DNA of 64,000 nt from Octopus bimaculoides (lineage: Eukaryota). This document shows positions 37,266-51,129 of this stretch, in pieces. Made by a program: the position numbers and the translations under genes. Numbering within the stretch: position 1 is the stretch's first letter; every line of letters begins with the position of its first letter. The notes under the pieces are model-generated. The model searched no databases. It was not told where the DNA came from and was given only the letters and a program-made list of their open reading frames with translations. The DNA lies in contig NC_068995.1 of the NCBI RefSeq assembly GCF_001194135.2, forward strand, positions 12,466,353-12,530,352, in the 5' to 3' direction.

Positions 37266-38572
37266 CTTGCATAAAGCTATCTTCTTACTTTACTTTAGAC
37301 TCAAGACAACTTGGGCTTTACTCCAATGTGAATACATACGACAGACATGTCTCTAGATTATCTCGTTTTCATTATTTTATCTTCCAGAGAGGTGGGGGTT
37401 GAGCATCACAGAGAATATGTACGACATATTTGTCTCGCAAATGCGTTTAAAATTCCCAAATCATTATGGTTGCGAGACAGACAGAATTAGGTTCCATATA
37501 GAATATATTAGAATGGATTCTTACCCAGGAAATGTTTCATGACTCCAAAACTTGTCATTAGTTTTGAGACAGCCAGTGGTGGTTGAGGGAGTTGATCTGT
37601 TGGCATGATTTTGTTTCCGTCTTGCCGCACCCCAGACAAATTTGATAAAAGAAAATACAAAGTTTTCGGTTGTGCACCGACAACCTAATTGGTTATGAGA
37701 GTTTAACTACCCAGCATTATTTATTTCTAATTTTTTTTTTTTTCAATGATTGATATTTATAATAAAAACTTGGGCGGGAGAATAACGAGGTTAAGAACAC
37801 TGAGGTAGGAGTGAGAGAATGGGATGTGGAGAGGGTATAAAAATACTTATCGCTTCTGACATAAGTAAATCAACGGCTGAAAGCAAACACTAAGCGTAGC
37901 GGGTGGAGGAGTTAAATAGCTTCTAGCATTAACGATGGCGGTGAAGTTGATGATGATGATGATGATGATGAGGAGGNNNNNNNNNNNNNNNNNNNNNNNN
38001 NNNNNNNNNNNNNNNNNNNNNNNNNNNNNNNNNNNNNNNNNNNNNNNNNNNNNNNNNNNNNNNNNNNNNNNNNNNNNNNNNNNNNNNNNNNNNNNNNNNN
38101 NNNNNNNNNNNNNNNNNNNNNNNNNNNNNNNNNNNNNNNNNNNNNNNNNNNNNNNNNNNNNNNNNNNNNNNNNNNNNNNNNNNNNNNNNNNNNNNNNNNN
38201 NNNNNNNNNNNNNNNNNNNNNNNNNNNNNNNNNNNNNNNNNNNNNNNNNNNNNNNNNNNNNNNNNNNNNNNNNNNNNNNNNNNNNNNNNNNNNNNNGACG
38301 ATGATGATCATCATCATCATCATCATGACTGCGACGAGAAGGACGATGTCGATGATGATGGTTTTGATGATGATGGCTGTGATGGTGGTGGTGGTGGTGG
38401 TTGTGTTGGCAGTGGTGATGAGGATGCGGCCGTGATGGTTGGTGGTGGACAGCAGGAGCGAAGGAGACAGAAAGCGATACGGTTCGTTAATTTAACGAAT
38501 GTCAACTTTAATATTCCGTGCTGCAGATACGAATACTGATAAAGGGAACAGGGGGAAAAAGATTATCCTCTG

Positions 38573-38621
<49 letters not shown>

Positions 38622-39059
38622 GTGTGTGTATGAATGTCTGAGAGTATATATATATTTATGTACTTATATGTGCGTACGTGTGACAGATAGATAGATAGAT
38701 AGATAGATCGAGAGAGAGAGAGAGAGAGAGAGTGAGAGAAAGAGAGATAGAGTGGGAGAATGAGGGAGAGAGTGGGAGAAAGAGAGAGAGAGAGAGAGAG
38801 GTGTGGATGCAGCGTGTCTATGCGTCTGCGTGAGTATGTTTCCGTACGGATATGGATTTTGATATATACATATATATATATATATAATTCTAAGTAAGTA
38901 TGTACGTATGCACATCTGTGTGTACGTGCAGATATGTGTCTCTGCGTGTGTATGTGTATAATTGCATACCTGTAGCTGTGTGTGTATGCTTGGATATATG
39001 TATACATATGTGTGTGTGAGAGACACAAAGTTAGTGTGCGTCTATGTACATACATCACC

Positions 39060-39105
<46 letters not shown>

Positions 39106-39999
39106 TCGTGTTTGTGTATATGGTGTTTATGTGTGTATAAGTGTTTAACTGCATGTATGTGTGTACTTATATGCATCTTCACGTGTGTGTGTGTGTGTGC
39201 GTGCGTGTGCAAATAGGAGTGAGCGTATGTGCGTGTAATATGGGATTGTGTGTGAGTATACATGAGAAATGCCTCTGTACCTCTTTTCGTGTGGTTTATA
39301 TATATATATATATATATATATAATGAACAAAAGAGCGTACGAACGAACGAAAGAACAATTAAAAGAAAGAGGAAGGATGAAAGGCAAAAATAATCGTGGT
39401 TGGGATTAGAACTCAGTCAGCAGAGTCTGAACAATTATATCATTTTGTTCCATCCGACGTGCAAGTGACTCCGCCATCTCGCTGCCTATTTGTAAGACGT
39501 ACGTGCTTGTATTTGTCTGACCGTGTGAGTGCGTGCGTGTGAGTGCGTGCGTGTGTGGGTGCACGCGTGTATGTGCCTGCGTGCGTGTGTGTGCGTGCAT
39601 GTGTAACAGACTATGCATGTTTGCGTGCATATGTGTGTTTGTGTGTGTGTGTGTGTGTATCTTCATCTCCGTCACCATCACCACCACCACCGTCATGACC
39701 AACACAATCTTCATAATCACCATCATCATCATCATTATCATCAACAACAACATAACTTCATCATCATCATAATCATCATCATCATTGTCATCATCATCAC
39801 CATCACCGTAATCGTCGACGTCATGGTCGTCATCATCATCAACGTCATCATCATCAACGTCATCATCATCGTCGTCGCCGGCAGCAGCAGCGTCGTCGTT
39901 GGTCGCACGGATGCAATCGTAAACGACCTCAATTCTTTTCCATCCATTCAATCTTTCATAACTATGTGGTACCTTAGTCTAATAATATAGATGCAAGAA

Positions 40000-40318
40000 G
40001 GCGGGTGGCTGAGTGGTTAGGGGCATTCACCTCACGATCGATAGGACGTCAGTTCGGTTCTCGGCGTCGAGTTGCATTCTTGAACAAACCTGTTTATTTC
40101 ATTTTGCTCCAGTCCACTCAGCTGGCAAAAATGAGTAGTACCTGTATTTCAAAGGGCCACCTTTGTCACTCTGAGAACTACGAACTACGTTAAGAGTACA
40201 CGTGACTGTGGAGTACTCAGTCCCGTACATGCTAGTTTTCCGAGCAGGCAGTTCCGTTGATAGGATTCACTAGAACCACTTGTCGTCCACTTGTCGTCGT
40301 AACTGACGGAGTGACAGT
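40000..40318 (+). mobile_element. SINE with family-E head and box plus family-C tail
   Basis: GGTGGCTGAGTGG A-box; ttgctccagtccactcagctggcaaaaatgag box; C-type tail ending gtcgtaactgacggagtg. Confidence 0.85.
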
Positions 40319-40732
40319 TTTATATATGTGTACGCATTCATACATTCATGTGTACATGTGTGTGTGTATGAGTGTATTTATGTATAACTAAAATTCGTGA
40401 ACAGCAAAAGCCTTGGGCGAAACACACCGCAGACTGCCACTTTCTAATATGATATGCATACATATATTCATTTCACCGAACGTGCTGTGTTCTCTGAAGG
40501 ACTATGTTTGCAATATGTAAAATGATAAATTTTTAAACATGTACAAATCTTGGATTGCAATATATGTACTTCTGTGCCTTTATATAAACATGTATAACGT
40601 TTTAGAGTTAGTTCTACAGGCTTTCGATAGAAGTTATTACCAGTACTGACAGTTACTTGGTAGTATAGTATGGTGGCTTAACGAAATACACTGTCCCTAC
40701 CAGCAATAAGTATAAACACGCATACTCACACA

Positions 40733-40769
<37 letters not shown>

Positions 40770-40830
40770 TTATATTTATATATATACTTATAGACCGATA
40801 GAGAAAGAGAGATTTGAGCGAGGGAGATGC

Positions 40831-40900
<70 letters not shown>

Positions 40901-42801
40901 CACAGAAAGATACAGAGAGATAGGTATGTGTATGTATATATATATATATATATATATANNNNNNNNNNNNNNNNNNNNNNNNNNNNNNNNNNNNNNNNNN
41001 NNNNNNNNNNNNNNNNNNNNNNNNNNNNNNNNNNNNNNNNNNNNNNNNNNNNNNNNNNNNNNNNNNNNNNNNNNNNNNNNNNNNNNNNNNNNNNNNNNNN
41101 NNNNNNNNNNNNNNNNNNNNNNNNNNNNNNNNNNNNNNNNNNNNNNNNNNNNNNNNNNNNNNNNNNNNNNNNNNNNNNNNNNNNNNNNNNNNNNNNNNNN
41201 NNNNNNNNNNNNNNNNNNNNNNNNNNNNNNNNNNNNNNNNNNNNNNNNNNNNNNNNNNNNNNNNNNNNNNNNNNNNNNNNNNNNNNNNNNNNNNNNNNNN
41301 NNNNNNNNNNNNNNNNNNNNNNNNNNNNNNNNNNNNNNNNNNNNNNNNNNNNNNNNNNNNNNNNNNNNNNNNNNNNNNNNNNNNNNNNNNNNNNNNNNNN
41401 NNNNNNNNNNNNNNNNNNNNNNNNNNNNNNNNNNNNNNNNNNNNNNNNNNNNNNNNNNNNNNNNNNNNNNNNNNNNNNNNNNNNNNNNNNNNNNNNNNNN
41501 NNNNNNNNNNNNNNNNNNNNNNNNNNNNNNNNNNNNNNNNNNNNNNNNNNNNNNNNNNNNNNNNNNNNNNNNNNNNNNNNNNNNNNNNNNNNNNNNNNNN
41601 NNNNNNNNNNNNNNNNNNNNNNNNNNNNNNNNNNNNNNNNNNNNNNNNNNNNNNNNNNNNNNNNNNNNNNNNNNNNNNNNNNNNNNNNNNNNNNNNNNNN
41701 NNNNNNNNNNNNNNNNNNNNNNNNNNNNNNNNNNNNNNNNNNNNNNNNNNNNNNNNNNNNNNTGTATTGGGTTGGTGTTTGCAGGAGGATGCGGGGGGGG
41801 AGGAGGAGGAAGAGGAAGAAGAAGAAGAAGAAGAAGAAGAAGAAGAAGAAGAAGAAGAAGAAGAAGAAGAAGAAGAAGAAGAAGAGGAGGAGGAGGAGGA
41901 GGAATACAGTGGATTGCGTTGACCACATCACCTCAGACACTTGAGACACTCTGGAAGAAGAAGAAGAAGAAGAAGAAGAAGAAGAAGGTGATGATGAGGA
42001 TGATGATAATGAGGGGGAGGAGGATGATAAGAGGGAGGTAGGAGGAGAGAAGGGCAAGAGGTTGGCAAGAGGAGGACGAGAGGAAGGGAGGAGGGGAGGG
42101 GAATAGGAAGAGGGAAGAAAAAGATGGGAAAGGAAGAGGAGAGTGGTTGTGATGGTGATGATGATGAAGTTGGTGAATTTGGTGTTGATGAAGGTAAAGA
42201 AGGAAACAAAAAAGATGGTGATGATGATGACAATGATGATGATGATGAGGAGGAGGAGGAGGAGGAGGAGGAGGGGTTGAAGATAAAAGACGAAAAAACA
42301 AGTAGAAGGAGCGATAAGAAGAAAAGTAGTAAGGGGATGAGGAAGGAAGCGAAGGTGGGGTAGGGGTGGAATCCGTGTGCATTTGTTGCAAAATGCATTC
42401 AATCAGAAACTGAAAAAATAAAAAAAAAACTATGAAGGTATTTCAATAATCTTGTCCTGTTATATTGTAAATTTCTTATTGCTTTGCAACACGACATCCC
42501 ACCCCTGTATCAACCTCATTCCACCTCCACCCGATATCTGATCCCATATCGGTGAACCGCCAATAATTTAGCTCGAAAAATGAGAAATGCAAACTATACC
42601 GCCTTCTGAAACGAAAAAAAAACAAAAAATGTATCCTGTAGAAAACATATATACATACATATATACACACACGCACACACATAAATATATGTATGAATGT
42701 ATACAGAAGTATGATGCATAACGAAATATGCTCACATATGTTTGGTTGTGTACATAAATGCAGACGTATATATCAAGAGATAGATAGATAAATAGGTACA
42801 T

Positions 42802-42832
<31 letters not shown>

Positions 42833-43860
42833 CACACATACATACATACATAGACAGATAGACAGATAAATAAATAGATAGATAGATAAATAGATAGACA
42901 TGTATATATGTGTATATATATATTTGTTTTTATTTTTGCATTTACAATTTATTTATATATNNNNNNNNNNNNNNNNNNNNNNNNNNNNNNNNNNNNNNNN
43001 NNNNNNNNNNNNNNNNNNNNNNNNNNNNNNNNNNNNNNNNNNNNNNNNNNNNNNNNNNNNNNNNNNNNNNNNNNNNNNNNNNNNNNNNNNNNNNNNNNNN
43101 NNNNNNNNNNNNNNNNNNNNNNNNNNNNNNNNNNNNNNNNNNNNNNNNNNNNNNNNNNNNNNNNNNNNNNNNNNNNNNNNNNNNNNNNNNNNNNNNNNNN
43201 NNNNNNNNNNNNNNNNNNNNNNNNNNNNNNNNNNNNNNNNNNNNNNNNNNNNNNNNNNNNNNNNNNNNNNNNNNNNNNNNNNNNNNNNNNNNNNNNNNNN
43301 NNNNNNNNNNNNNNNNNNNNNNNNNNNNNNNNNNNNNNNNNNNNNNNNNNNNNNNNNNNNNNNNNNNNNNNNNNNNNNNNNNNNNNNNNNNNNNNNNNNN
43401 NNNNNNNNNNNNNNNNNNNNNNNNNNNNNNNNNNNNNNNNNNNNNNNNNNNNNNNNNNNNNNNNNNNNNNNNNNNNNNNNNNNNNNNNNNNNNNNNNNNN
43501 NNNNNNNNNNNNNNNNNNNNNNNNNNNNNNNNNNNNNNNNNNNNNNNNNNNNNNNNNNNNNNNNNNNNNNNNNNNNNNNNNNNNNNNNNNNNNNNNNNNN
43601 NNNNNNNNNNNNNNNNNNNNNNNNNNNNNNNNNNNNNNNNNNNNNNNNNNNNNNNNNNNNNNNNNNNNNNNNNNNNNNNNNNNNNNNNNNNNNNNNNNNN
43701 NNNNNNNNNNNNNNNNNNNNNNNNNNNNNNNNNNNNNNNNNNNNNNNNNNNNNNNNNNNNNNNNNNNNNNNNNNNNNNNNNNNNNNNNNNNNNNNNNNNN
43801 NNNNNNNNNNNNNNNNNNNNNNNNNNNNNNNNNNNNNNNNNNNNNNNNNNNNNNNNNNNN

Positions 43861-43891
43861 NATCATCATCATCATCATCATCACCATCACC

Positions 43892-43937
<46 letters not shown>

Positions 43938-43963
43938 CCATCACCATCATCATCATCATTATC

Positions 43964-44015
<52 letters not shown>

Positions 44016-44058
44016 CCATCACCATCATCATCATCATCATCATCATCACCACCATCAC

Positions 44059-44111
<53 letters not shown>

Positions 44112-44420
44112 CAATAATCATCATCATCATCATCATCATCACAACCGTCATCATCATCACAATCGTCATCATCATCATCGTCGTCATCATCATCATCATC
44201 ATCATACTCACAATCATCATCATCACTATCATCACCAACATAACCATTATCATCGTCATCGACGTCATTATTATTATCGTCGTCGTCATCATCATCATTG
44301 TTGTTGTTGTCATCATCAACATCATCGTCATCATCATTATCATCATCATCACCATCAACATCAACAACTATTTAATCATCATTATCAACAGCTTCAACAT
44401 TAATACCTCCAATGCTGTCA
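43861..44420. repeat. Long (ATC)n tract decaying 3'-ward
   Basis: About 560 bp of CAT/CAC/CGT triplets directly after a 900-N gap. Confidence 0.95.
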
Positions 44421-45032
44421 TTTTTATCATCATCCTTGTATTCTTCGTGTTCGCCGTTGTCCTCTTATTATCATTAAAAAGTCGGAAAGAAAATATGCAT
44501 TGGCGGATACATTTTTTTTTTCTGGCTCTCTCCGTCCTTGGTTCAACTTCTGGCTTAATCAAATTTGCGTTTCATTCACCCGGGGTGGTTAAAATAAGGT
44601 GCCACTCAAGTATTGCGGTTGACTGTATTGAATAAGACCCCCGTCTTCACAATTGCCGACCTTGCACGTGATTTCTGGGTTATTTCCTTTCATTAGTACA
44701 GAATAACTGTTCGGCTAGAGGTGGCATGTATCCAACTGGAGACGATACTTCCTAGGCTTAAATAACAGTAACATTCATCCTAAACCTTGACTGCCTCGTT
44801 ATGTTGGAAAATAATCTTTACTCTAGAGTACTGTTGCTGAATTTCTCTAACTGAGAGATATATAGCACTTCTATACACCACTTAACTCAAATAATGGAAC
44901 TGCTACTTCAATGTTTTATATTTTTACTTCTACTTTCATTCTCTTAATTCCCTGTATATTCCCTATCTCCTCCTTTTCCATAATAATTCCATATTTCGAA
45001 CTCAAACATTTATTTCTATTTAACCATCTCAC

Positions 45033-45086
45033 ATCGTCTCTGATGAAGGGACATCCATATTCTCTCAGAAACAGCTGTAAGACTAT
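45033..45086 (+). ncRNA. Minimal type-I hammerhead ribozyme, intact core, GUA site
   Basis: GUCU CUGAUGA A GGGA cauccauauuc UCUC A GAAAC AGCU GUA AGAC. Perfect 4-bp stem I; stem III ACAGCUGU is an 8-nt palindrome. Confidence 0.78.
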
Positions 45087-46789
45087 ATCTATATCTCTTT
45101 CCTTATAAGCGTCCTGAAAACTCCTTGCAGCCTTGGCTTTGTCATCTCATTTTGTCTAATATATNNNNNNNNNNNNNNNNNNNNNNNNNNNNNNNNNNNN
45201 NNNNNNNNNNNNNNNNNNNNNNNNNNNNNNNNNNNNNNNNNNNNNNNNNNNNNNNNNNNNNNNNNNNNNNNNNNNNNNNNNNNNNNNNNNNNNNNNNNNN
45301 NNNNNNNNNNNNNNNNNNNNNNNNNNNNNNNNNNNNNNNNNNNNNNNNNNNNNNNNNNNNNNNNNNNNNNNNNNNNNNNNNNNNNNNNNNNNNNNNNNNN
45401 NNNNNNNNNNNNNNNNNNNNNNNNNNNNNNNNNNNNNNNNNNNNNNNNNNNNNNNNNNNNNNNNNNNNNNNNNNNNNNNNNNNNNNNNNNNNNNNNNNNN
45501 NNNNNNNNNNNNNNNNNNNNNNNNNNNNNNNNNNNNNNNNNNNNNNNNNNNNNNNNNNNNNNNNNNNNNNNNNNNNNNNNNNNNNNNNNNNNNNNNNNNN
45601 NNNNNNNNNNNNNNNNNNNNNNNNNNNNNNNNNNNNNNNNNNNNNNNNNNNNNNNNNNNNNNNNNNNNNNNNNNNNNNNNNNNNNNNNNNNNNNNNNNNN
45701 NNNNNNNNNNNNNNNNNNNNNNNNNNNNNNNNNNNNNNNNNNNNNNNNNNNNNNNNNNNNNNNNNNNNNNNNNNNNNNNNNNNNNNNNNNNNNNNNNNNN
45801 NNNNNNNNNNNNNNNNNNNNNNNNNNNNNNNNNNNNNNNNNNNNNNNNNNNNNNNNNNNNNNNNNNNNNNNNNNNNNNNNNNNNNNNNNNNNNNNNNNNN
45901 NNNNNNNNNNNNNNNNNNNNNATATATATGAACGTATGAATGTATGCGTTTATGTATACACATATATATACACATATGTACACACACATATAAACGTATG
46001 TGGGTAAATGTGCGCAAGCATAATACATACACATATATTTATGTCTGTGTCAGAGCTTTTATGTATGTGTATATATATATGTGTGTGTCTATGTCTGTGT
46101 CTCTGTCTGTGTGTATATATATATGTATGTACGTGTGCGTATGTGTGTGCGTGTGTGTGCGTGTGTGTGTGTGTGTGCGTGTCTGTGTATGTGTGTATGT
46201 GTGTGTGTGTACATGATTGCTCATACATCATAGAATCAAAATAACGGAAGTATAAAGTGAAGCGATTAATTATCTCATATACTTGGAGCGACACATTTTA
46301 CAAATGGTTAACCTTTTATATCATCTGACGCTTCGCTTTGACGGTGATTTAGAAGACATTTTTTTGTGATTATTTGTGTGTGTTCGTACATGTATGTGTT
46401 TTGTAGCTGTCTGTGATTGTGCGGGTGCTGGCATATGTTTGTGTATGCATTTAGTGTTTTGTGAGCGAGTGTGAGTACTCGTATGCATAACATACATTAT
46501 AATACGTGTTGGAGAGCACATGAAAGAGATGAAAAACATGTTTATGCATTTTGAGAAAGAGACAGAACTTGAGCGAAGATCTAGCTAGCGTGTTGCTGAA
46601 AGAGAGATATTGAGTGAGGTTGCAGCGGAAAAGAAGAGATAAGGTGCTGATCATACGAACAGAAGTGTGGCGGATCAGAAGGATGTACCTGATGGAAATA
46701 TAATAGTAAGGTGAGAGACTGCAAGCATAAGAAATAAAAGCGACTAAAGAGATAAGGTGAGATGACAATAAGGATGTAAATATTGAAAT

Positions 46790-47700
46790 ATACTTTTCTA
46801 CACTAAGCAATAGGCCTGAAATTTTGTGGGAAGGGCCCAGTCGATTAGATCGACCCCAGTATGCAACTGGTACCAAGTTTATCTACTCCGAAAGGATAAA
46901 AGGCAAAGTCGACCTCGGCGGAATTTGAACTCAGAACAAAAACAGACGAAATACCGCTAAGCATTTTGCCCATTGTGCTAACGTTTCTGCCAGCTTGCAA
47001 GTGCGGAAATATTCTTTTCTACACTAGGCACTAGGCCTGAAATTTTGTGGGAAGAAACCAGTCCATTAGATCGACCCCAGTACGCAACTGGTACTTAATT
47101 TATCGACCCCGAAAGGATGAAAGGCGAAGTCGACCTAGGTGGAATTTGAACTCAGAACATAAAGACAGATGAAATACCACTAAGCATTTTGCCCGGCGTG
47201 CTAACATTTCTGCCAGCTAGCCGCCTTGTAAGTGCTGAAATNNNNNNNNNNNNNNNNNNNNNNNNNNNNNNNNNNNNNNNNNNNNNNNNNNNNNNNNNNN
47301 NNNNNNNNNNNNNNNNNNNNNNNNNNNNNNNNNNNNNNNNNNNNNNNNNNNNNNNNNNNNNNNNNNNNNNNNNNNNNNNNNNNNNNNNNNNNNNNNNNNN
47401 NNNNNNNNNNNNNNNNNNNNNNNNNNNNNNNNNNNNNNNNNNNNNNNNNNNNNNNNNNNNNNNNNNNNNNNNNNNNNNNNNNNNNNNNNNNNNNNNNNNN
47501 NNNNNNNNNNNNNNNNNNNNNNNNNNNNNNNNNNNNNNNNNNNNNNNNNNNNNCTGGTACTTAAGTTTCTGACCACGAATGGATAAAAAGCAAAGTCGAC
47601 CTCGGCAGAATTTAAACTCAGAACGTTAACGGCAGACGAAATACCGCTAAGCATTTCACCCGGCGCGTTAACGTTTCTGCCATCTCGCCACCTTGCTATT
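46790..47700 (-). mobile_element. Head-to-tail array of at least 3 SINE family A copies
   Basis: Units at about 46790-46998, 47013-47228 and 47554-47695; the 312-N gap lies between the last two. Confidence 0.88.
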
Positions 47701-47708
47701 AGGGAAAC

Positions 47709-47774
<66 letters not shown>

Positions 47775-48384
47775 CTAGAGGGGTTATATGTTGGATGTGG
47801 AAAGACTCAAAACAGGAGGGGATTAGCAGAGGAAAGGGCATAATGGAAGAAATAAAAGTTGAGAAAATATTAGTTAAAGAAATTAAAGATGAATGATGGC
47901 AGATCGCGAGAGCGGAAGGGCAAATGAAGTCGTATGCTGGAAGAGTGAAAAGGGACAGTTGACAGGAAAGAAGGGACAGTGGATGAGGGGCAAGCATTGT
48001 AACAGAATTAGGGGCTTAGAGAGAGAACAGAGAGAAGTGTTAATTCAGAAATTGCAACTGAAGAAGAAAACAAGAGAGATAGAGTGAGGGAGAGTGGGAG
48101 GAGGGAAACCAGAAAGAAATAGAAGCATAGAGTGAGGGGAGGAGAGAGAATTTATACGTAGGAAACATTTTTTTTTTTTTACTGATTGCCCTGCGTGTGC
48201 AATGCAATGAAAAATACTGATTGATCGTAACGATAAGGTATCGAACATTAACTTACTCGAAATATCACCAGTTTGTACACTCTCACTGGTGCTTCAAAAT
48301 GTGAAGACAATTTGCTTATAACAATAAATTCCATCTAATCCAAAGATCAAGCCCACGGAGTTGTTATTATTAGTATTTACAATA

Positions 48385-48618
48385 AGGTGGCAAGATGGCA
48401 GAAACGTTAGCAGGCCGGGCGAAATGTTTAGCGGTATTTCGTCTGCCGTTAAGTTCTGAGATCAAATTCCGCTGAGGTCGACTTTGCTTGTCATCCTTTC
48501 GGGGTCGATAAATTAAGTACCAGTTTCGCACTGGGGTCGATGTAATCGACTTAATCCTTTTGTCTCTCCTTGTTTGTCCCCTCTATGTTTAGCCCCTTGT
48601 GGGCAATAAAGAGATAAG
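48385..48618 (+). mobile_element. SINE family A, full length, followed by an older A fragment to about 48715
   Basis: Near-identical to 5896-6127. Confidence 0.92.
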
Positions 48619-49974
48619 AATTGTTAGGCCGCCGGTCGAAATGCTTAGTGGTATTTCGTCTGTCTTAACGATCTGATTTCAAATGCCACCGGGGTCGACT
48701 TTGCCTTTCATTAGCTGAGTTATGTTAGTTCACTGGAAATGTCGTCAACCGAAAATCGAAACTATACCGCAGTATCTCGTGTTTTACAACACTTAAAATT
48801 AGAGTAAATAATCAGTTATATTCAGACAAAACGCTGCTGTTAGAATAACATAGACGTAAGTATGGCTGTGTCAGGAAAACTTTGCTTCCCAACCACATGA
48901 TTCCGGGATTGACTTTGCCTTTCACCAGCTGAGTACTGAGGTCAATGTAATCGAATTGCACTCAGCACAAAATTGCTCTTCTTATGCCAAAATTTGAAAC
49001 CAGTGTATTATGTACTGGCTGGGAGACCAGAAATTTGGTGAGAGAATCCGTTGATTAATTATATCGACAAATTACTTAACTGGTACTTTATTTTGTCCAC
49101 TTTATCAGTTTAAAATCAAATTTGACCTCGGTGACAATCGAACACAACGTAAAGAGCCGTATAGAATATAATACATTCTAACTAATGTGTCGTCTGCCAA
49201 TACCACAACTATTTCAGACTAAATAAAATTTCTTATTATTCAAGCAATGGTATGGTAAAATTTGGACTAAGGAAAGAAAAGCAATCATGTTTCCATTTAA
49301 TACAGCAGTGAAAATACCAGTATATAGCACCTATTTTTCACAAGGCTGACATGTACCATCTAATGCCCAGCTCGTTCAGAACGTTTTAACGTTAAATGTG
49401 CTGGACATTGACAACAGGAGATAAAGCATCGAGTTTTGAAGAAGCAGCCCGAGATCGTTTGCATCACGTTGATTGTTCCTTCTTTCCTGATTTCATAACG
49501 TTGACAAATGATCCCACAATGCCTCTTGCAAGTACTATCTGCTTGCCATGGAAGTTCTGTACCTGAAGAAAAAGTACTATGGCGGACGTTCTTGTTGCCT
49601 TCCTTCGGTTTCTTCTTTTTTACTAGACTCCATCTTGTAATTTCAGTTAGGAAAGAAGAAAAAATGAGTCCCGGTATTTATCGCCCCTGGAAGAATAAAA
49701 GGCAAAATTGACTTCAGCAACATTTGAACAGTCGGACAGATATACATAATTAATATCGCAATACATTTTAATTGATACTCTAATGACTGACAAGTCGTGT
49801 ATTGGGCATTGACGTAGCAAGAGAATGTGCCGCCGTCGTAGCCCTAGTGTTTGTTACTTCACCGAATCCCCTAAGCTGATACAGACTTATAGAACAGACC
49901 CGAAAATGTCACCCTTGTAAAAGCGTCTCCCTGAGCAAACTTCCATTCTCTAGCTTCCTTATGGTCCTTATTCT

Positions 49975-50330
49975 TTTATCTTTTACTTGTTTCAGTCATT
50001 AGACTGCGGCCATGCTGGGGCACCGCCTTTAAGAATTGTTATTCGAATGAATTGACCCCGGTATGTATATCATTTATGCTTATTTATATTTATTCTGTCG
50101 CTTTCTTTTACCAAAACGCTAACTAATGGGGGCGTAAACAAACGAACGTCGGTTGCCAAGTGGTGGTGGTGGTGTTGGTGGTGGTGGTGGTGGAGGACAA
50201 ACATACACACACAGTTTCAGTCTATCAAATCCACTTACAAGACTTTGGTCGGCCGAGGCAATAGAAAAAGTGCCACGCAGCAGAACCAAACCCGGAATCA
50301 TTCTCCCTACACTGCCATGCCTGCGTCTAT
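49975..50330 (-). mobile_element. SINE family B with internal (GGT)n
   Basis: Tail cttttacttgtttcagtcattagactgcggccatgctggggcaccgcc; head remnant 50215-50330. Confidence 0.85.
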
Positions 50331-50517
50331 GTTATTCTAACAGTAGCTTTTTGTCTGAATATAACTGAGGAATTACTCTAATCTTTGGCAAGTGCTGTAA
50401 AACAAGAAATACTGCGGTGCAATTTCGATTTTCGGTTGAGGACATATCCTGTCAACTATCTCAACTATTAAAGGCGAAACATACTATAAACCTTTCCAGG
50501 TGATTCGATCACCATCG

Positions 50518-50589
<72 letters not shown>

Positions 50590-50696
50590 CGCACAGAGTG
50601 ATAATAAAAATATTTGCTGAAGGTGCCAGGAAGTGAGACTGAACACGTGGCTGTAAAACGAGCATCGTAATCACTCAGCCATGATTAAGCATGTTG

Positions 50697-51129
50697 GAAA
50701 ATACATGAATACTACAACATCGAGTTTCCTTTGTCTACTAAGTTATGAGCACACACTAGTTTAAAACACTCACAGTCTCTATTAATACTGTTAAAATATG
50801 CATGAATGCCACAACATCATCTGCCATTTGTGTACTAAATTTATGAGCACACACTAGTTTAAAACACAGTCTCTATTAATACTGCTAAAATATGCATGAA
50901 TGCCACAACATCATATGCCATTTGTGTACTAAATTTATGAGCACACACTAGTTTAAATCACAGTCTCTGTTAATACTGTTAAAATATGCATGAATGCCAC
51001 ATCATATGTTATTTGTGTACTAAATTATGAGCATACACTAGTTTAAAACACTCACAGTCTCTGTTAATGTTGTTAAAAATACATGAATGCCACAACATCA
51101 TCTGTCCTTTGTCTACTAAATTATGAACC
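50697..51129. repeat. About 92-bp tandem repeat, about 4.7 units
   Basis: Recurring aaaatatgcatgaatgccacaacatc...tactaaatttatgagcacacactagtttaaaacac.cagtctct near 50698, 50793, 50887, 50981, 51075. Confidence 0.95.

Noticed and set aside
42124-42363. 79-aa acidic/basic ORF (MGKEEESG...)
   Set aside because: Embedded in a purine-rich degenerate GAT/GAG/GAA repeat field; composition explains the open frame.
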